Shown piece after piece: positions 1-9,160 of a stretch of DNA of 64,000 bases. Positions within the stretch are counted from its first letter, which is position 1. Each line of letters starts with the position of its first letter. Under the pieces are notes generated by a model. The model saw only the letters and a program-made list of their open reading frames with translations. It had not been told where the DNA came from and did no database searches. The translations under genes were made by a program, and so were the position numbers. The stretch lies in assembly GCA_910584795.1 (NCBI GenBank), contig CAJUBZ010000009.1, forward strand, positions 21,396 through 85,395. The letters are read 5' to 3'. This DNA is from an uncultured Eubacterium sp. (GTDB lineage: Bacteria > Bacillota > Clostridia > Lachnospirales > Lachnospiraceae).

Positions 1-257
1 AATTCATGATGATTTTGAAATACTTGGTATCCTATTTCCTTAACCTGTTTTCCATTTATCACTGATGGTATGGTTAAATCTGATTTTTCTCCTGTATAAC
101 CACTTATTACTATATCGCCGTCAACAATTTCATACAGCCACTCTCCCTCTGCCAATGTTTCAGATGCATCAACAGAAATATTCATAAATATTGAAAATAC
201 CATTGATAAAATTAAAACAAATGTAATACCTCTTTTTAATTTTTCTTTCATTTTCAT
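1..257 (-). CDS. Secreted surface protein, probably BspA-type leucine-rich repeat; N-terminal part only, runs off the window
   Basis: Manual translation from ATG 257 (RBS GAGGAG): MKMKEKLKRGITFVLILSMVFSIFMNISVDA signal peptide, then WLYEIVDGDIVISGYTGEKSDLTIPSVINGKQVKEIG, typical of the cap preceding BspA LRRs. Confidence 0.65.
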   Translation of the reverse strand, partial: MKMKEKLKRGITFVLILSMVFSIFMNISVDASETLAEGEWLYEIVDGDIVISGYTGEKSDLTIPSVINGKQVKEIGYQVFQNHHE

Positions 258-274
258 AATCTTCTCCTCTCCAA

Positions 275-1096
275 CTATGCCAACTCTACAACCTTGAACT
301 TAAATAATTTTAAATATTTGTTATCCCACTTTTCTTCCTTTAAATCTGCATATAATGTCATTCGTACCTCTGTATTACATATTTCAAAAAATGCACCTGG
401 AGAAATCAACTTTGTCTCACCATTTAATTTTTCATAATATTTTCCATCATTGTAATAAATAATAGTCTTCTCATTTAAAATTTCAATTTCATCCTTTTTA
501 TATTGAAAATTTTTATAAGTTTCCTTTAACTTTTTATTATAATTCGTCATAACCTTCTCAAGCGAATAATTCTTTTTAGAATCAGACATCTGTTGTTTCA
601 TTTTGTCAGACAAGTTTACATTAACACATATACATTTTTGTCCCTTACTAAATATATAAGTCATATATTCATAATCAGGTGGAACCATAATTGAATTCAA
701 TTGATATCCACTTTCTTTAGATTCTACAACTAATATCTTTTTCTTTTTTCGTGCATACTCTAAAAAATGTTTCCTTGCATCATTACTATCCGCACTTTTT
801 ATCCAATTAATTAACTTTTCTACATTATCTGTCCAAAAAGAACTATCATATATGCTATTTGAACTTATCTTTTTGAAGGTTTCCATTTCATTATCTACAC
901 TTTCGTGAGAAACTTTACTAACTGTATTCTGTTTATCAATTTTCGTTCTTTCGCCTAACTGGTGTACTATCTTTTTTGTTCCCTTTCCATTTGAAGTGAT
1001 ACTTTTATTATCCATTGACTCATGAGAGTTCCTAGACCCCAAATATATGCCTGTAACAAAAATCACTAAAAAAAAAATCAATACAACTTTTCTCAT
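275..1096 (-). CDS. Hypothetical protein with N-terminal membrane anchor or signal peptide
   Basis: 273 aa ORF, hydrophobic N-terminus, 19 bp downstream of the DNRLRE gene. Confidence 0.7.
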   Translation of the reverse strand: MRKVVLIFFLVIFVTGIYLGSRNSHESMDNKSITSNGKGTKKIVHQLGERTKIDKQNTVSKVSHESVDNEMETFKKISSNSIYDSSFWTDNVEKLINWIKSADSNDARKHFLEYARKKKKILVVESKESGYQLNSIMVPPDYEYMTYIFSKGQKCICVNVNLSDKMKQQMSDSKKNYSLEKVMTNYNKKLKETYKNFQYKKDEIEILNEKTIIYYNDGKYYEKLNGETKLISPGAFFEICNTEVRMTLYADLKEEKWDNKYLKLFKFKVVELA

Positions 1097-1115
1097 ATTC
1101 TTATCAAACCTCTCG

Positions 1116-3413
1116 TTATTTTATTTTATTATATTGTTTTAAATGATATGGAATTCCTAACGGTTTATCACTTGTACAATACTTACAAAACAATGTATTT
1201 ATATCCTGATTTGTCACACCCTTACGAAAATAAATTCCCATAATACAAGTCCCTGCATTTCTTTCTGGGTGATGTGTTTGGCATCCTAGGTTTCCACAAT
1301 CTCTATCTGCTGGAATAGTTGAATTTTTACAATATTCATCAGGTGCACCAAAACAATGTCCTAGTTCATGTAACAAACTACGTTTTTCTTCCTCGTAACG
1401 TGTAGCCACCTCTCTTTTCCACGTAAGTATAATACTATTCCTCCAATACCAATTTTGGTTAAACTCATTGTTATCTTTATTATTATATGTATGACCTGAC
1501 CATAGCACTTCACATCTCTGTATTGGAGTTAATGTACTCGGTTTATTTCTACAAAAATGATAGTGTGCCCCATACATATGAGTGCAAGTAGAGGTTATAG
1601 GTTCTCCAGTTCCCATTGCACCTGTAGGTATATTATTATGTCCTTCCCCTCCTGGGCACTTCTCCTCTATTGTGTCCAAATTAACCGTCAGTCCTCGTTT
1701 TTCCTTGCACTCATCTGCCAAAGATGTATATAACTGTGGCATCCCTGATGTGATTTTCAGCCCAAATAACTGTCCAAACACCGAACTTACCCATTCCTGG
1801 TGTCCAGCTATCATTTGAGCCGGTGGAATATTTCCATATTGGGGCTGACTATATCTGACATTATAACCATGATCATAACTATGATTAACCTGCGCTACAT
1901 AAGGCCAATATACAATGCTCAACTGCATATAATTCAAATTACTAAGTGACGAACCATAAAAATATGCTCTCGTCCCCTTTTCCTTCGCTTTTAGAATTAG
2001 TCCATAATTTTTTATCTCTCCATAAGCCAGTGCCTGAGCCCATTCTGTCAAATCTACTTTATGCGCTGCCCCCTTTGTTCCCTTTGTCTGAAACTGTGCC
2101 CATACTTTACTACCCATCTGCGGACAGTTATTCCATGTTATCGTATCCGGATTCCATGTCCCTTCAGGTGTTCTTATTTCTATTGTCCCTGTATTATTAG
2201 GCAAATCACTATACTCCACTATTTTAAGTCCTGCCGATTTAACATATGAACCATCAAATTCTCCTATTTCACCTGATAATGGATTAATCATTGTATCAAC
2301 ATAACATCTGAACTCAGTATTATTCAATGGTACCCTGTTTATTCCACAGTATTGCACTTCAAACGATGCCCCATTTTTCAAATTCATACTGCTGTTCCCA
2401 CTAAAACTAGAAACAGTAGCACTTTCAAGATGAGAATCCATCCATACAACAGTCGGATCAATGGTTACAGGATATTCCGTTTCAGAAGATTTTAAATAAT
2501 CCTCATCCACAACTACCTTCAATAAATATGTCTCATTTTCCTGCTCTTCGAGTTCATAAGTAACCACGTCATACCGGTATTTCTCATTTTTATCTTTTAT
2601 ATTCGGGCTGTCAATATATGCAACTACAACATTTGTATCCTTGTCCTTAATCTGAATGCTCTTATCCGGACCTACCGTTTCTAATTTCATCCCTGAAAGA
2701 GTAAAAGCAAACTCAAAAACATTTCTTACCGGAGCCTTCTTTAATATAATTTCTTCTTTTACATAAGACGGATAAGATGTATATTTATATTGGATATTTT
2801 CTTCTTTATCCTTGTAGATAATTTGATTTTCTTTGATTTCCTCTTTTTGTATCTCCTGTAATATTTCTTCTCTTTCTTGATTCAACTTTGTATTCTGTAT
2901 AACATTTTTTTCATTCTTAATCACAAGTGAAAACTGTATCGTATATTTATCTTTTTTCATAAATATACCTGTATCCTCATTCAACTTTTCCGGAAAATAG
3001 TGTTTTGCATCACCTTCAATGTTGACATATTGATAATCTTCCACTTCATTATCAAATAAGATATCTGTTGATTTTGTTAATTTTCTTAAAACACCTCTGT
3101 CTTTTTCACCCATCTTTTTCAAAGCCGGATTATAATCTATGTATTCTCCGTCTTTCTCATACCTTATGTCTGAACTGTTTATTTCAAGTTTTCTGCTTCC
3201 GTCACTTAAAAGATATGTAGTAGAATCTGCTGTTCTGAATTCTTTCAGTTCTCTTATTACTTCCGTTTCCTGTTTCATAACACTTTTTTCTTCTGTTCTT
3301 GTTGACAAGCCAGCCTCATTTACCTGATTCGTATATGTATCTATGAATGTGCCGAAACTTAAAATCATCACAAGCAATAAGACAACGCATCTTTTCAACA
3401 AATGTATCTTCAT
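1116..3413 (-). CDS. Secreted DNRLRE-domain protein with C-terminal metzincin-type zinc metallopeptidase
   Basis: Signal peptide; ELKEFRTADSTTYLLSDGS and YPVTIDPT motifs as in WapA/RHS N-termini; WNPDTITWNN...VDLTEWAQ...NYGLILKA (DNRLRE-like); HELGHCFGAPDEYC zinc motif plus CIMG Met-turn. Confidence 0.7.
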   Translation of the reverse strand: MKIHLLKRCVVLLLVMILSFGTFIDTYTNQVNEAGLSTRTEEKSVMKQETEVIRELKEFRTADSTTYLLSDGSRKLEINSSDIRYEKDGEYIDYNPALKKMGEKDRGVLRKLTKSTDILFDNEVEDYQYVNIEGDAKHYFPEKLNEDTGIFMKKDKYTIQFSLVIKNEKNVIQNTKLNQEREEILQEIQKEEIKENQIIYKDKEENIQYKYTSYPSYVKEEIILKKAPVRNVFEFAFTLSGMKLETVGPDKSIQIKDKDTNVVVAYIDSPNIKDKNEKYRYDVVTYELEEQENETYLLKVVVDEDYLKSSETEYPVTIDPTVVWMDSHLESATVSSFSGNSSMNLKNGASFEVQYCGINRVPLNNTEFRCYVDTMINPLSGEIGEFDGSYVKSAGLKIVEYSDLPNNTGTIEIRTPEGTWNPDTITWNNCPQMGSKVWAQFQTKGTKGAAHKVDLTEWAQALAYGEIKNYGLILKAKEKGTRAYFYGSSLSNLNYMQLSIVYWPYVAQVNHSYDHGYNVRYSQPQYGNIPPAQMIAGHQEWVSSVFGQLFGLKITSGMPQLYTSLADECKEKRGLTVNLDTIEEKCPGGEGHNNIPTGAMGTGEPITSTCTHMYGAHYHFCRNKPSTLTPIQRCEVLWSGHTYNNKDNNEFNQNWYWRNSIILTWKREVATRYEEEKRSLLHELGHCFGAPDEYCKNSTIPADRDCGNLGCQTHHPERNAGTCIMGIYFRKGVTNQDINTLFCKYCTSDKPLGIPYHLKQYNKIK

Positions 3414-3441
3414 AATCCTTCCTCCTTCATAAAAAACAAAG

Positions 3442-3517
3442 TCCCTGACAAGAACGCAATGCTATAAATGTAAGCAACTCTTTCTTACACTTAAGTTATC
3501 TTTCGTTCTGTCAGGGA
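3442..3517 (-). promoter_or_regulatory. Large leader hairpin followed by a T-tract just before the RBS (possible attenuator)
   Basis: TCCCTGACA(A)GAACG / CGTTCTGTCAGGGA arms, inner TGTAAG/CTTACA stem, then CTTTGTTTTTT and GAAGGAGG on the minus strand. Confidence 0.5.
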
Positions 3518-3723
3518 AACTCCACTATATATTTTTCATCTCGTTTTAATACAAACGCCTAAAGTCCCCCCTTATTAAACAAAACTTTTAAATCCCAGCA
3601 GTATTTGTCTATAAATAAATTTTATCTGCTTTTAGACTCGCTCCTCCTTTTTATAAAATTTTATCCGATCCATTGATATACTATTATATTATACTATCTA
3701 TAACTTCATGTCAATCAACATAT

Positions 3724-3772
3724 AAAAGAGAAGTCAACTGCGATTCTATAATCAGCTGACTTCTCTTTTTTT
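3724..3772. terminator. Intrinsic terminator downstream of pyrI
   Basis: AAAAGAGAAGTCA / TGACTTCTCTTTT inverted repeat. Confidence 0.7.
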
Positions 3773-3837
3773 ACATTTAATATTATATTGTTTGTATTTG
3801 CAAATTCTACAAACACACCTATATTCACATCGAATTT

Positions 3838-4278
3838 TTATAATTTCTCCCACAACTTACCTTGCTGCTCTTCGCAGTACTGGCAGCTATACAATCCGTT
3901 CTTTCTGTCAGTAAGAACAAAAACATGTGCCAGTTCCTGTTCAATTGATGTAATGCACCTAGGGTTCTTGCAATGAAGAACGTTAGTGATTTTCTCCGGA
4001 AGTTTCAACTCTCTCTTTTCTACTAATACTCCATCTTTTATAATATCCACTGTAATATTATGGTCTATAAAACCTAAAATATCAAAATCAACAATGTCTA
4101 ACGGTCCTTCTACCTTAATGATATCCTTTCGTCCCATCTTTCCGCTTCTAGCGTTTTTTATAATCGCTACCTGACAGTCCAAATCATCCAGATTCAGATA
4201 ATGATATACTGCCATAGAGCGACCTGCCTGAATATGGTCCAGGACAAATCCATTATGTATTGAATCAATATTTAGCAT
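3838..4278 (-). CDS. pyrI: Aspartate carbamoyltransferase regulatory chain
   Basis: [19 protein letters not shown] and zinc motif CKNPRCIT...CQYC; overlaps pyrB. Confidence 0.93.
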   Translation of the reverse strand: MLNIDSIHNGFVLDHIQAGRSMAVYHYLNLDDLDCQVAIIKNARSGKMGRKDIIKVEGPLDIVDFDILGFIDHNITVDIIKDGVLVEKRELKLPEKITNVLHCKNPRCITSIEQELAHVFVLTDRKNGLYSCQYCEEQQGKLWEKL

Positions 4279-5189
4279 ACTTCCACCTCCAACAATGTTA
4301 AAATCAAAGCCATTCTCACATATACGCCATACTGTGCCTGTTTAAAATAAACTGCTCTAGGGTCTTTATCCACTTCTACAGATATTTCATTGACTCTCGG
4401 CAATGGGTGAAGTACCAGCATGTCATCTTTTGCCAGTCTCATTTTCTTTTTATCTAATATAAAACTGTCTTTCAAGCGGATATAATCCTCTTCATTGAAA
4501 AAACGTTCCTTTTGTACACGGGTCATATATAACAAATCTAGATTTCCAATAACTTCTTCTAATTTTGTCACTTCCTCATACTGAGCACCCGCCGCCTCAA
4601 TATGCTCTATAATATATTTTGGTACTTTTAATTCCGCTGGTGAAATTAAGACAAATTTAACATTATCATATCTTAGCAAAGCATTAATTAAAGAATGTAC
4701 TGTCCTGCCAAACTTTAAGTCTCCACATAGTCCGATGGTTACATTGTCCAATCTTCCCTTTAAAGACCGAATCGTCAATAAATCTGTCAACGTCTGTGTG
4801 GGATGCTGATGACCTCCGTCCCCGGCATTAATTACCGGAATTGCCGAATTATTCGCTGCAACCAATGCTGCACCTTCCTTAGGATGTCTCATAGCCGCAA
4901 TGTCTGCATAACAAGATATAATCTGAATGGTATCAGCAACACTTTCTCCCTTAGCTGCAGAACTGGATGTCGCCTCAGAAAATCCTAATATATTTCCTCC
5001 CAGATTCATCATCGCCGCTTCAAAACTCAGTCTTGTTCTTGTGCTTGGCTCATAAAATAATGTGGCTAATTTTTTTCCTTTACATGCTTCACTGTATTTC
5101 TCCGGATTTTTTTCAATATCATTGGCAAGCGTTAACAGCTTGTTCAATTCTTCTACAGAAAAATCCAATGGACTTATCAAATGTCTCAT
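4272..5189 (-). CDS. pyrB: Aspartate carbamoyltransferase catalytic chain
   Basis: [24 protein letters not shown] motifs; start moved to ATG 5189 behind GGAGG. Confidence 0.96.
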   Translation of the reverse strand: MRHLISPLDFSVEELNKLLTLANDIEKNPEKYSEACKGKKLATLFYEPSTRTRLSFEAAMMNLGGNILGFSEATSSSAAKGESVADTIQIISCYADIAAMRHPKEGAALVAANNSAIPVINAGDGGHQHPTQTLTDLLTIRSLKGRLDNVTIGLCGDLKFGRTVHSLINALLRYDNVKFVLISPAELKVPKYIIEHIEAAGAQYEEVTKLEEVIGNLDLLYMTRVQKERFFNEEDYIRLKDSFILDKKKMRLAKDDMLVLHPLPRVNEISVEVDKDPRAVYFKQAQYGVYVRMALILTLLEVEVC

Positions 5190-5299
5190 TTCACCCTCCA
5201 AAAGTATTTATTTTTCGCTAATAAAATGATACATTATAGACAACAAATATTCAAGGTTAGAACTGTATTTTTATGAAAAAGAATTGGAGGAATCCACGA

Positions 5300-6121
5300 A
5301 TGACCAGTGTATATAAAAATTTAACTTTATGTTTGGAACAAATCAGACAAAAAACAGACATTATACCAAAAACAGCCCTTGTATTAGGTTCAGGACTCAA
5401 CAAATTTACTGATATCATTGATATTGTCTGTACGATAGACTATCACGATTTGACCGGTTTTCCAGTCAGTACCAATCCAATGCATAATGGACGGTTTATT
5501 TTCGGTTATATTCATCAAAAACCAATCGTCGCTATGGACGGTCGTATTCATTACTATGAAGGATATACTATGCAACAGGTCGTAATGCCTATCCGCCTTA
5601 TGAAAATGCTTGGAGCAGAGACACTAATCCTCTCCAACGCTGTTGGTGGAATCAAAAAAGACCTGAATGTTGGAGATTTCATGATTATAAATGACCATAT
5701 TACTTCTTTCGTTCCTTCTCCTCTCATTGGTAAGAATGTTCATGAATTAGGAACCAGATTTCCTGACATGAGCCATGTTTACAACAAAGAACTAAACGAC
5801 ATCATAAAGCAATGTGCAAAAGAACTGAATATCGACATAAAAGAAGGAATTTATCTGCAGACAACCGGTCCGAATTACGAGACCCCTGCCGAAATTAGAG
5901 CCTACCAAACTCTAGGGGCAGATGCCGTCGGGATGAGCACTGCCTGCGAAGCCATGGCCGCTGTCCATTGTGGTTTTAAAGTATGTGGTATCAGCTGTAT
6001 TACCAACAAAGCTTCCGGCATATCCGCCGAACCACTGTCCGATGAAGATGTTGCAATTGTTGCTTCTCAATCATCCGATAACTTCTGCAAACTCATCAAA
6101 TCATTAATAAAGTCGATATAG
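5300..6121 (+). CDS. punA: Purine nucleoside phosphorylase (trimeric family)
   Basis: VLGSGL, GRIHYYEGY, GPNYETPAE, GADAVGMST motifs; ATG 5300 behind GGAGG. Confidence 0.9.
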   Translation: MTSVYKNLTLCLEQIRQKTDIIPKTALVLGSGLNKFTDIIDIVCTIDYHDLTGFPVSTNPMHNGRFIFGYIHQKPIVAMDGRIHYYEGYTMQQVVMPIRLMKMLGAETLILSNAVGGIKKDLNVGDFMIINDHITSFVPSPLIGKNVHELGTRFPDMSHVYNKELNDIIKQCAKELNIDIKEGIYLQTTGPNYETPAEIRAYQTLGADAVGMSTACEAMAAVHCGFKVCGISCITNKASGISAEPLSDEDVAIVASQSSDNFCKLIKSLIKSI

Positions 6122-6147
6122 CCTTTTATATCATGTTGTATATATAG

Positions 6148-6397
6148 CGAGAAAACAGATTCTGTGGTAATATCTGAAAACATAAAAGAACTTAAACATA
6201 TTTGTGTATAAAAAGAGACCATTAATTTAAAACTAAAATCTGATTCACAAAAACAGATTTTAAGACTTCACTGAAACGAATCAATCAGAGATTCGGTGAA
6301 GATGAAGTCGGTGTTTTTAAAATTGGTGGTCTCTTTTTATACTTACAAATATTTAAATTCTGCAGTTTTCAGATATTACCACAGAACCTGTTTTTCG
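6148..6397. repeat. About 250 bp imperfect palindrome with two internal hairpins
   Basis: Perfect 22 bp arms 6160-6181/6365-6386 and 16 bp arms 6206-6221/6327-6342. Confidence 0.85.
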
Positions 6398-6412
6398 GAG
6401 ATATTATAACAT

Positions 6413-6750
6413 GAGTAAGGCTGTAAGCCGGGTTATGTCGTGGACGATCATCTATCTAGGCCAGATGTTACCACCTGGCTCAAGCAACCTACCCGAAAAC
6501 TGGCGGGCAACCAATGTTTTCTGCTCGGTCTTGCTTCGGATGGGGTTTACACGGACCTTTCATGTTACCATGAAAGCGGTAGTCTCTTACACTACCATTT
6601 CACCCTTGCCATAAATGGCGGTTTCATTTCTGTTGCACTTTCCTGGGAGTCACCTCCACCGGCCGTTAGCCGGCATCCTGCCCTATGAAGCCCGGACTTT
6701 CCTCTCCTGCATCCTTTCGGTAATAGCAGCAGCGATCGTCTGCCCTACTC
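6413..6750 (-). ncRNA. rnpB: RNase P RNA (type A)
   Basis: Minus strand GAGTAGGGCAGACGATCGC...GAGGAAAGTCCGGGC...AACCCGGCTTACAGCCTTACTC; P4 consensus present and ends pair. Confidence 0.96.
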
Positions 6751-6829
6751 ACAATAACCTAAGTTATCATATTTATCTGTTTTTTTCAACTAAGAATTAC
6801 GAAACTTCCACAACCGAATCACGAAACTC

Positions 6830-8485
6830 TTACACAGGAAATACACTTCCCCCCACAAACTCACTCAAAATGGAGTTATGCGGAATATTCTCCTTTGGAA
6901 GCGGCAATATATAATCCAAAAATTTCAAAAGTCTCTTAGCCTCTAAATATTCATCGGTTCCTTCTGGCACACTGAACAATGCCGGCTCTGCAAACACTTT
7001 TAAAACAGATAATTCATACACCATAACAGAATTAAAAACTGCATCCGCACTATCCTGATATGGAAATATATATTTCTCTTCACCACGTCTGACTCTTTTC
7101 CACATTTCAATCGTATGCTCCGCAGTTGTTCCTCTTGTACGGATATCCCTTACAATTCTTCTCAACAATCTCAAGTCCGATGTAGATATTCTGTTATGTT
7201 CATCAACATTTAATGGAGTTAAAGCACTGACATATATACGATATTTTCTATCTTCCGGAAGACTGTAAGACAATTCATCATTAAGGCAGTGAATTCCTTC
7301 AATAACAAGAATATCATCCTCTTCTAGTTTTACGTAATTGCCATTAAATGTCCTCTTTCCTAAAACAAAATCAAAGTCAGGAAGCTCCACCTGCTTTCCT
7401 TCTAACAGTTCTGTCATCTGTCTGTTAAACAATTCCACATCCACAGCCTCTAAAACTTCATAATCCAATTTTCCTTCTTCGTCAATTGGCGTATCTTCCC
7501 TGTTTACAAAATAGTTATCTGTTGAAATCGGATGTGGTTTCATTCCCTGCGCCATTAACTGTATGGATAATCTATGGGCAAAAGAAGTTTTTCCTGATGA
7601 AGAAGGCCCAGCAATCATGACAACTTTGACTCCCTCCCTGGATGCAATGTCACTGGCAATATCTGCTATCTTCTTCTCCTGAAGTGCCTCCTGAACCATC
7701 AATATATTATTGATTGTTCCATCTGTAATTTTATCATTCACCTGACCAATTGTTGCCACGCCTAATCTTTCTGCCCATCTGGCAGATTCTTTTAATGTAT
7801 TGGATACCTTATTCTGTGGTATAAACTCCGGTACAGCTTTTGGAGATTTTTTTACTGGCATTTGAAGTACAAACCCTTCGTCATATGGGATTAATTCATA
7901 ATATTTCAATATTCCTGTAGAATATGCCATATAACCATAAAAATAATCTTCAAAACCTTTCATTTTATATATCTTAACAGAGGATGCTCTACGATATTTT
8001 AACAAATTTACTTTGTCCATCATACCAAATCTTTTAAATTTTGCCATGGCTTTTCCTGTAGAAAAGGTTTCCTTTGTAATTAAAATATCCTGTTTTACAA
8101 GTTCATCCATTTCTGCCTTTAACCTGCGCAGCAATGTATTGTCTATTTTTGTTCCACCGCAAACTTTAAAATAATATCCTTTGCTCACAGAGTATTGTAT
8201 ACTTAACTTATCAAAACTTTTCCTGTCTGCTATTTTATAAAACGCTTTCAGCATCATAAATACAACACTTCTCCGATAACATTCACTACCCACATGATTC
8301 GCAGTAGTAAGAAATCTTATCTTGCTGTTTTCTGTTAATACATTTGACAATTCGCACAATTTATCATTACATACTGCCAGAATAATATCATTTTCGTAGT
8401 ACTTTTTAAAATCCTTAGCTATTTCATAGATTGTTGTTCCGTCTTCATATTCATATACTACATTAGAAATTTCCACATTAATCAT
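6830..8485 (-). CDS. Uridine/nucleoside kinase family protein with N-terminal ThrRS-like (TGS/editing-like) domain
   Basis: IAGPSSSGKT P-loop, VIEGIH, RRIVRD; N-terminus resembles the ThrRS N-terminal region. Confidence 0.85.
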   Translation of the reverse strand: MINVEISNVVYEYEDGTTIYEIAKDFKKYYENDIILAVCNDKLCELSNVLTENSKIRFLTTANHVGSECYRRSVVFMMLKAFYKIADRKSFDKLSIQYSVSKGYYFKVCGGTKIDNTLLRRLKAEMDELVKQDILITKETFSTGKAMAKFKRFGMMDKVNLLKYRRASSVKIYKMKGFEDYFYGYMAYSTGILKYYELIPYDEGFVLQMPVKKSPKAVPEFIPQNKVSNTLKESARWAERLGVATIGQVNDKITDGTINNILMVQEALQEKKIADIASDIASREGVKVVMIAGPSSSGKTSFAHRLSIQLMAQGMKPHPISTDNYFVNREDTPIDEEGKLDYEVLEAVDVELFNRQMTELLEGKQVELPDFDFVLGKRTFNGNYVKLEEDDILVIEGIHCLNDELSYSLPEDRKYRIYVSALTPLNVDEHNRISTSDLRLLRRIVRDIRTRGTTAEHTIEMWKRVRRGEEKYIFPYQDSADAVFNSVMVYELSVLKVFAEPALFSVPEGTDEYLEAKRLLKFLDYILPLPKENIPHNSILSEFVGGSVFPV

Positions 8486-9152
8486 AGTATGCCCTGCCTT
8501 TCTGATTCAATTTTAAAACTTCCTTTATCTGAAAATTATTTTTGTTTCCACTCTCTTTCATTGTATTCAGTATTTTTGAAAACTTCTCGTTTTCTTTTTG
8601 CAGATACTGCTTTAAGATCTGATTTTTTGTTTCTAACAGATATTTTCCATATAAAAGCTCAACATCCGTATATTCTGTATTCTGCCCTTTCACAGCCTTT
8701 ATAATCGTATAATATTTACCACCATCCACAACCATATCTTCTTGAATAATTTCCCAGCAGTTTCCAATCAAAAACTTTCGGACCAGATCCACTCTTTTAT
8801 GCGGAGATAAAATCAGTTCTTTTACACCTTTTACTGAACTTCCTCTTGATAATATATCCACAATCAGATCCCCACCCATTCCTGCAATAATAACAGATTC
8901 AGCCATATTATCCTTCATCCGTTCCATTCCATCAGACAATACAGTAGTAATCTTCTCACTTAATCCTTCTAATCTTATATTTTTATCAGCCATTTTTAAT
9001 GGACCTTCATTGATATCCAAAGCATAAGCTCTCTTACTGATATTATTTTTCACTAGATAAATAGGCACATACCCATGGTCTGTGCCTATATCTGCTGCGA
9101 TATTTCCTTTGGTAACCATATCTGCTACGGCTTTTAGTCTCTTTGATAACAT
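8478..9152 (-). CDS. trmK: tRNA (adenine-22-N1)-methyltransferase
   Basis: LSKRL, DIGTDHGYVP, IAGMGG motifs. Confidence 0.92.
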   Translation of the reverse strand: MLSKRLKAVADMVTKGNIAADIGTDHGYVPIYLVKNNISKRAYALDINEGPLKMADKNIRLEGLSEKITTVLSDGMERMKDNMAESVIIAGMGGDLIVDILSRGSSVKGVKELILSPHKRVDLVRKFLIGNCWEIIQEDMVVDGGKYYTIIKAVKGQNTEYTDVELLYGKYLLETKNQILKQYLQKENEKFSKILNTMKESGNKNNFQIKEVLKLNQKGRAYYD

Positions 9153-9160
9153 AAAATTTT

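Noticed and set aside
3430..3680. c-di-GMP riboswitch in the DNRLRE gene leader
   Set aside because: Class I and II consensus elements not found; kept only as an unknown structured leader.
3838..5189. pyrI in a Firmicute as a novelty
   Set aside because: pyrB-pyrI pairs are known in gut Clostridia.
6411..6914. Three + strand ORFs of 67-99 aa
   Set aside because: Antisense shadows of the RNase P RNA gene.
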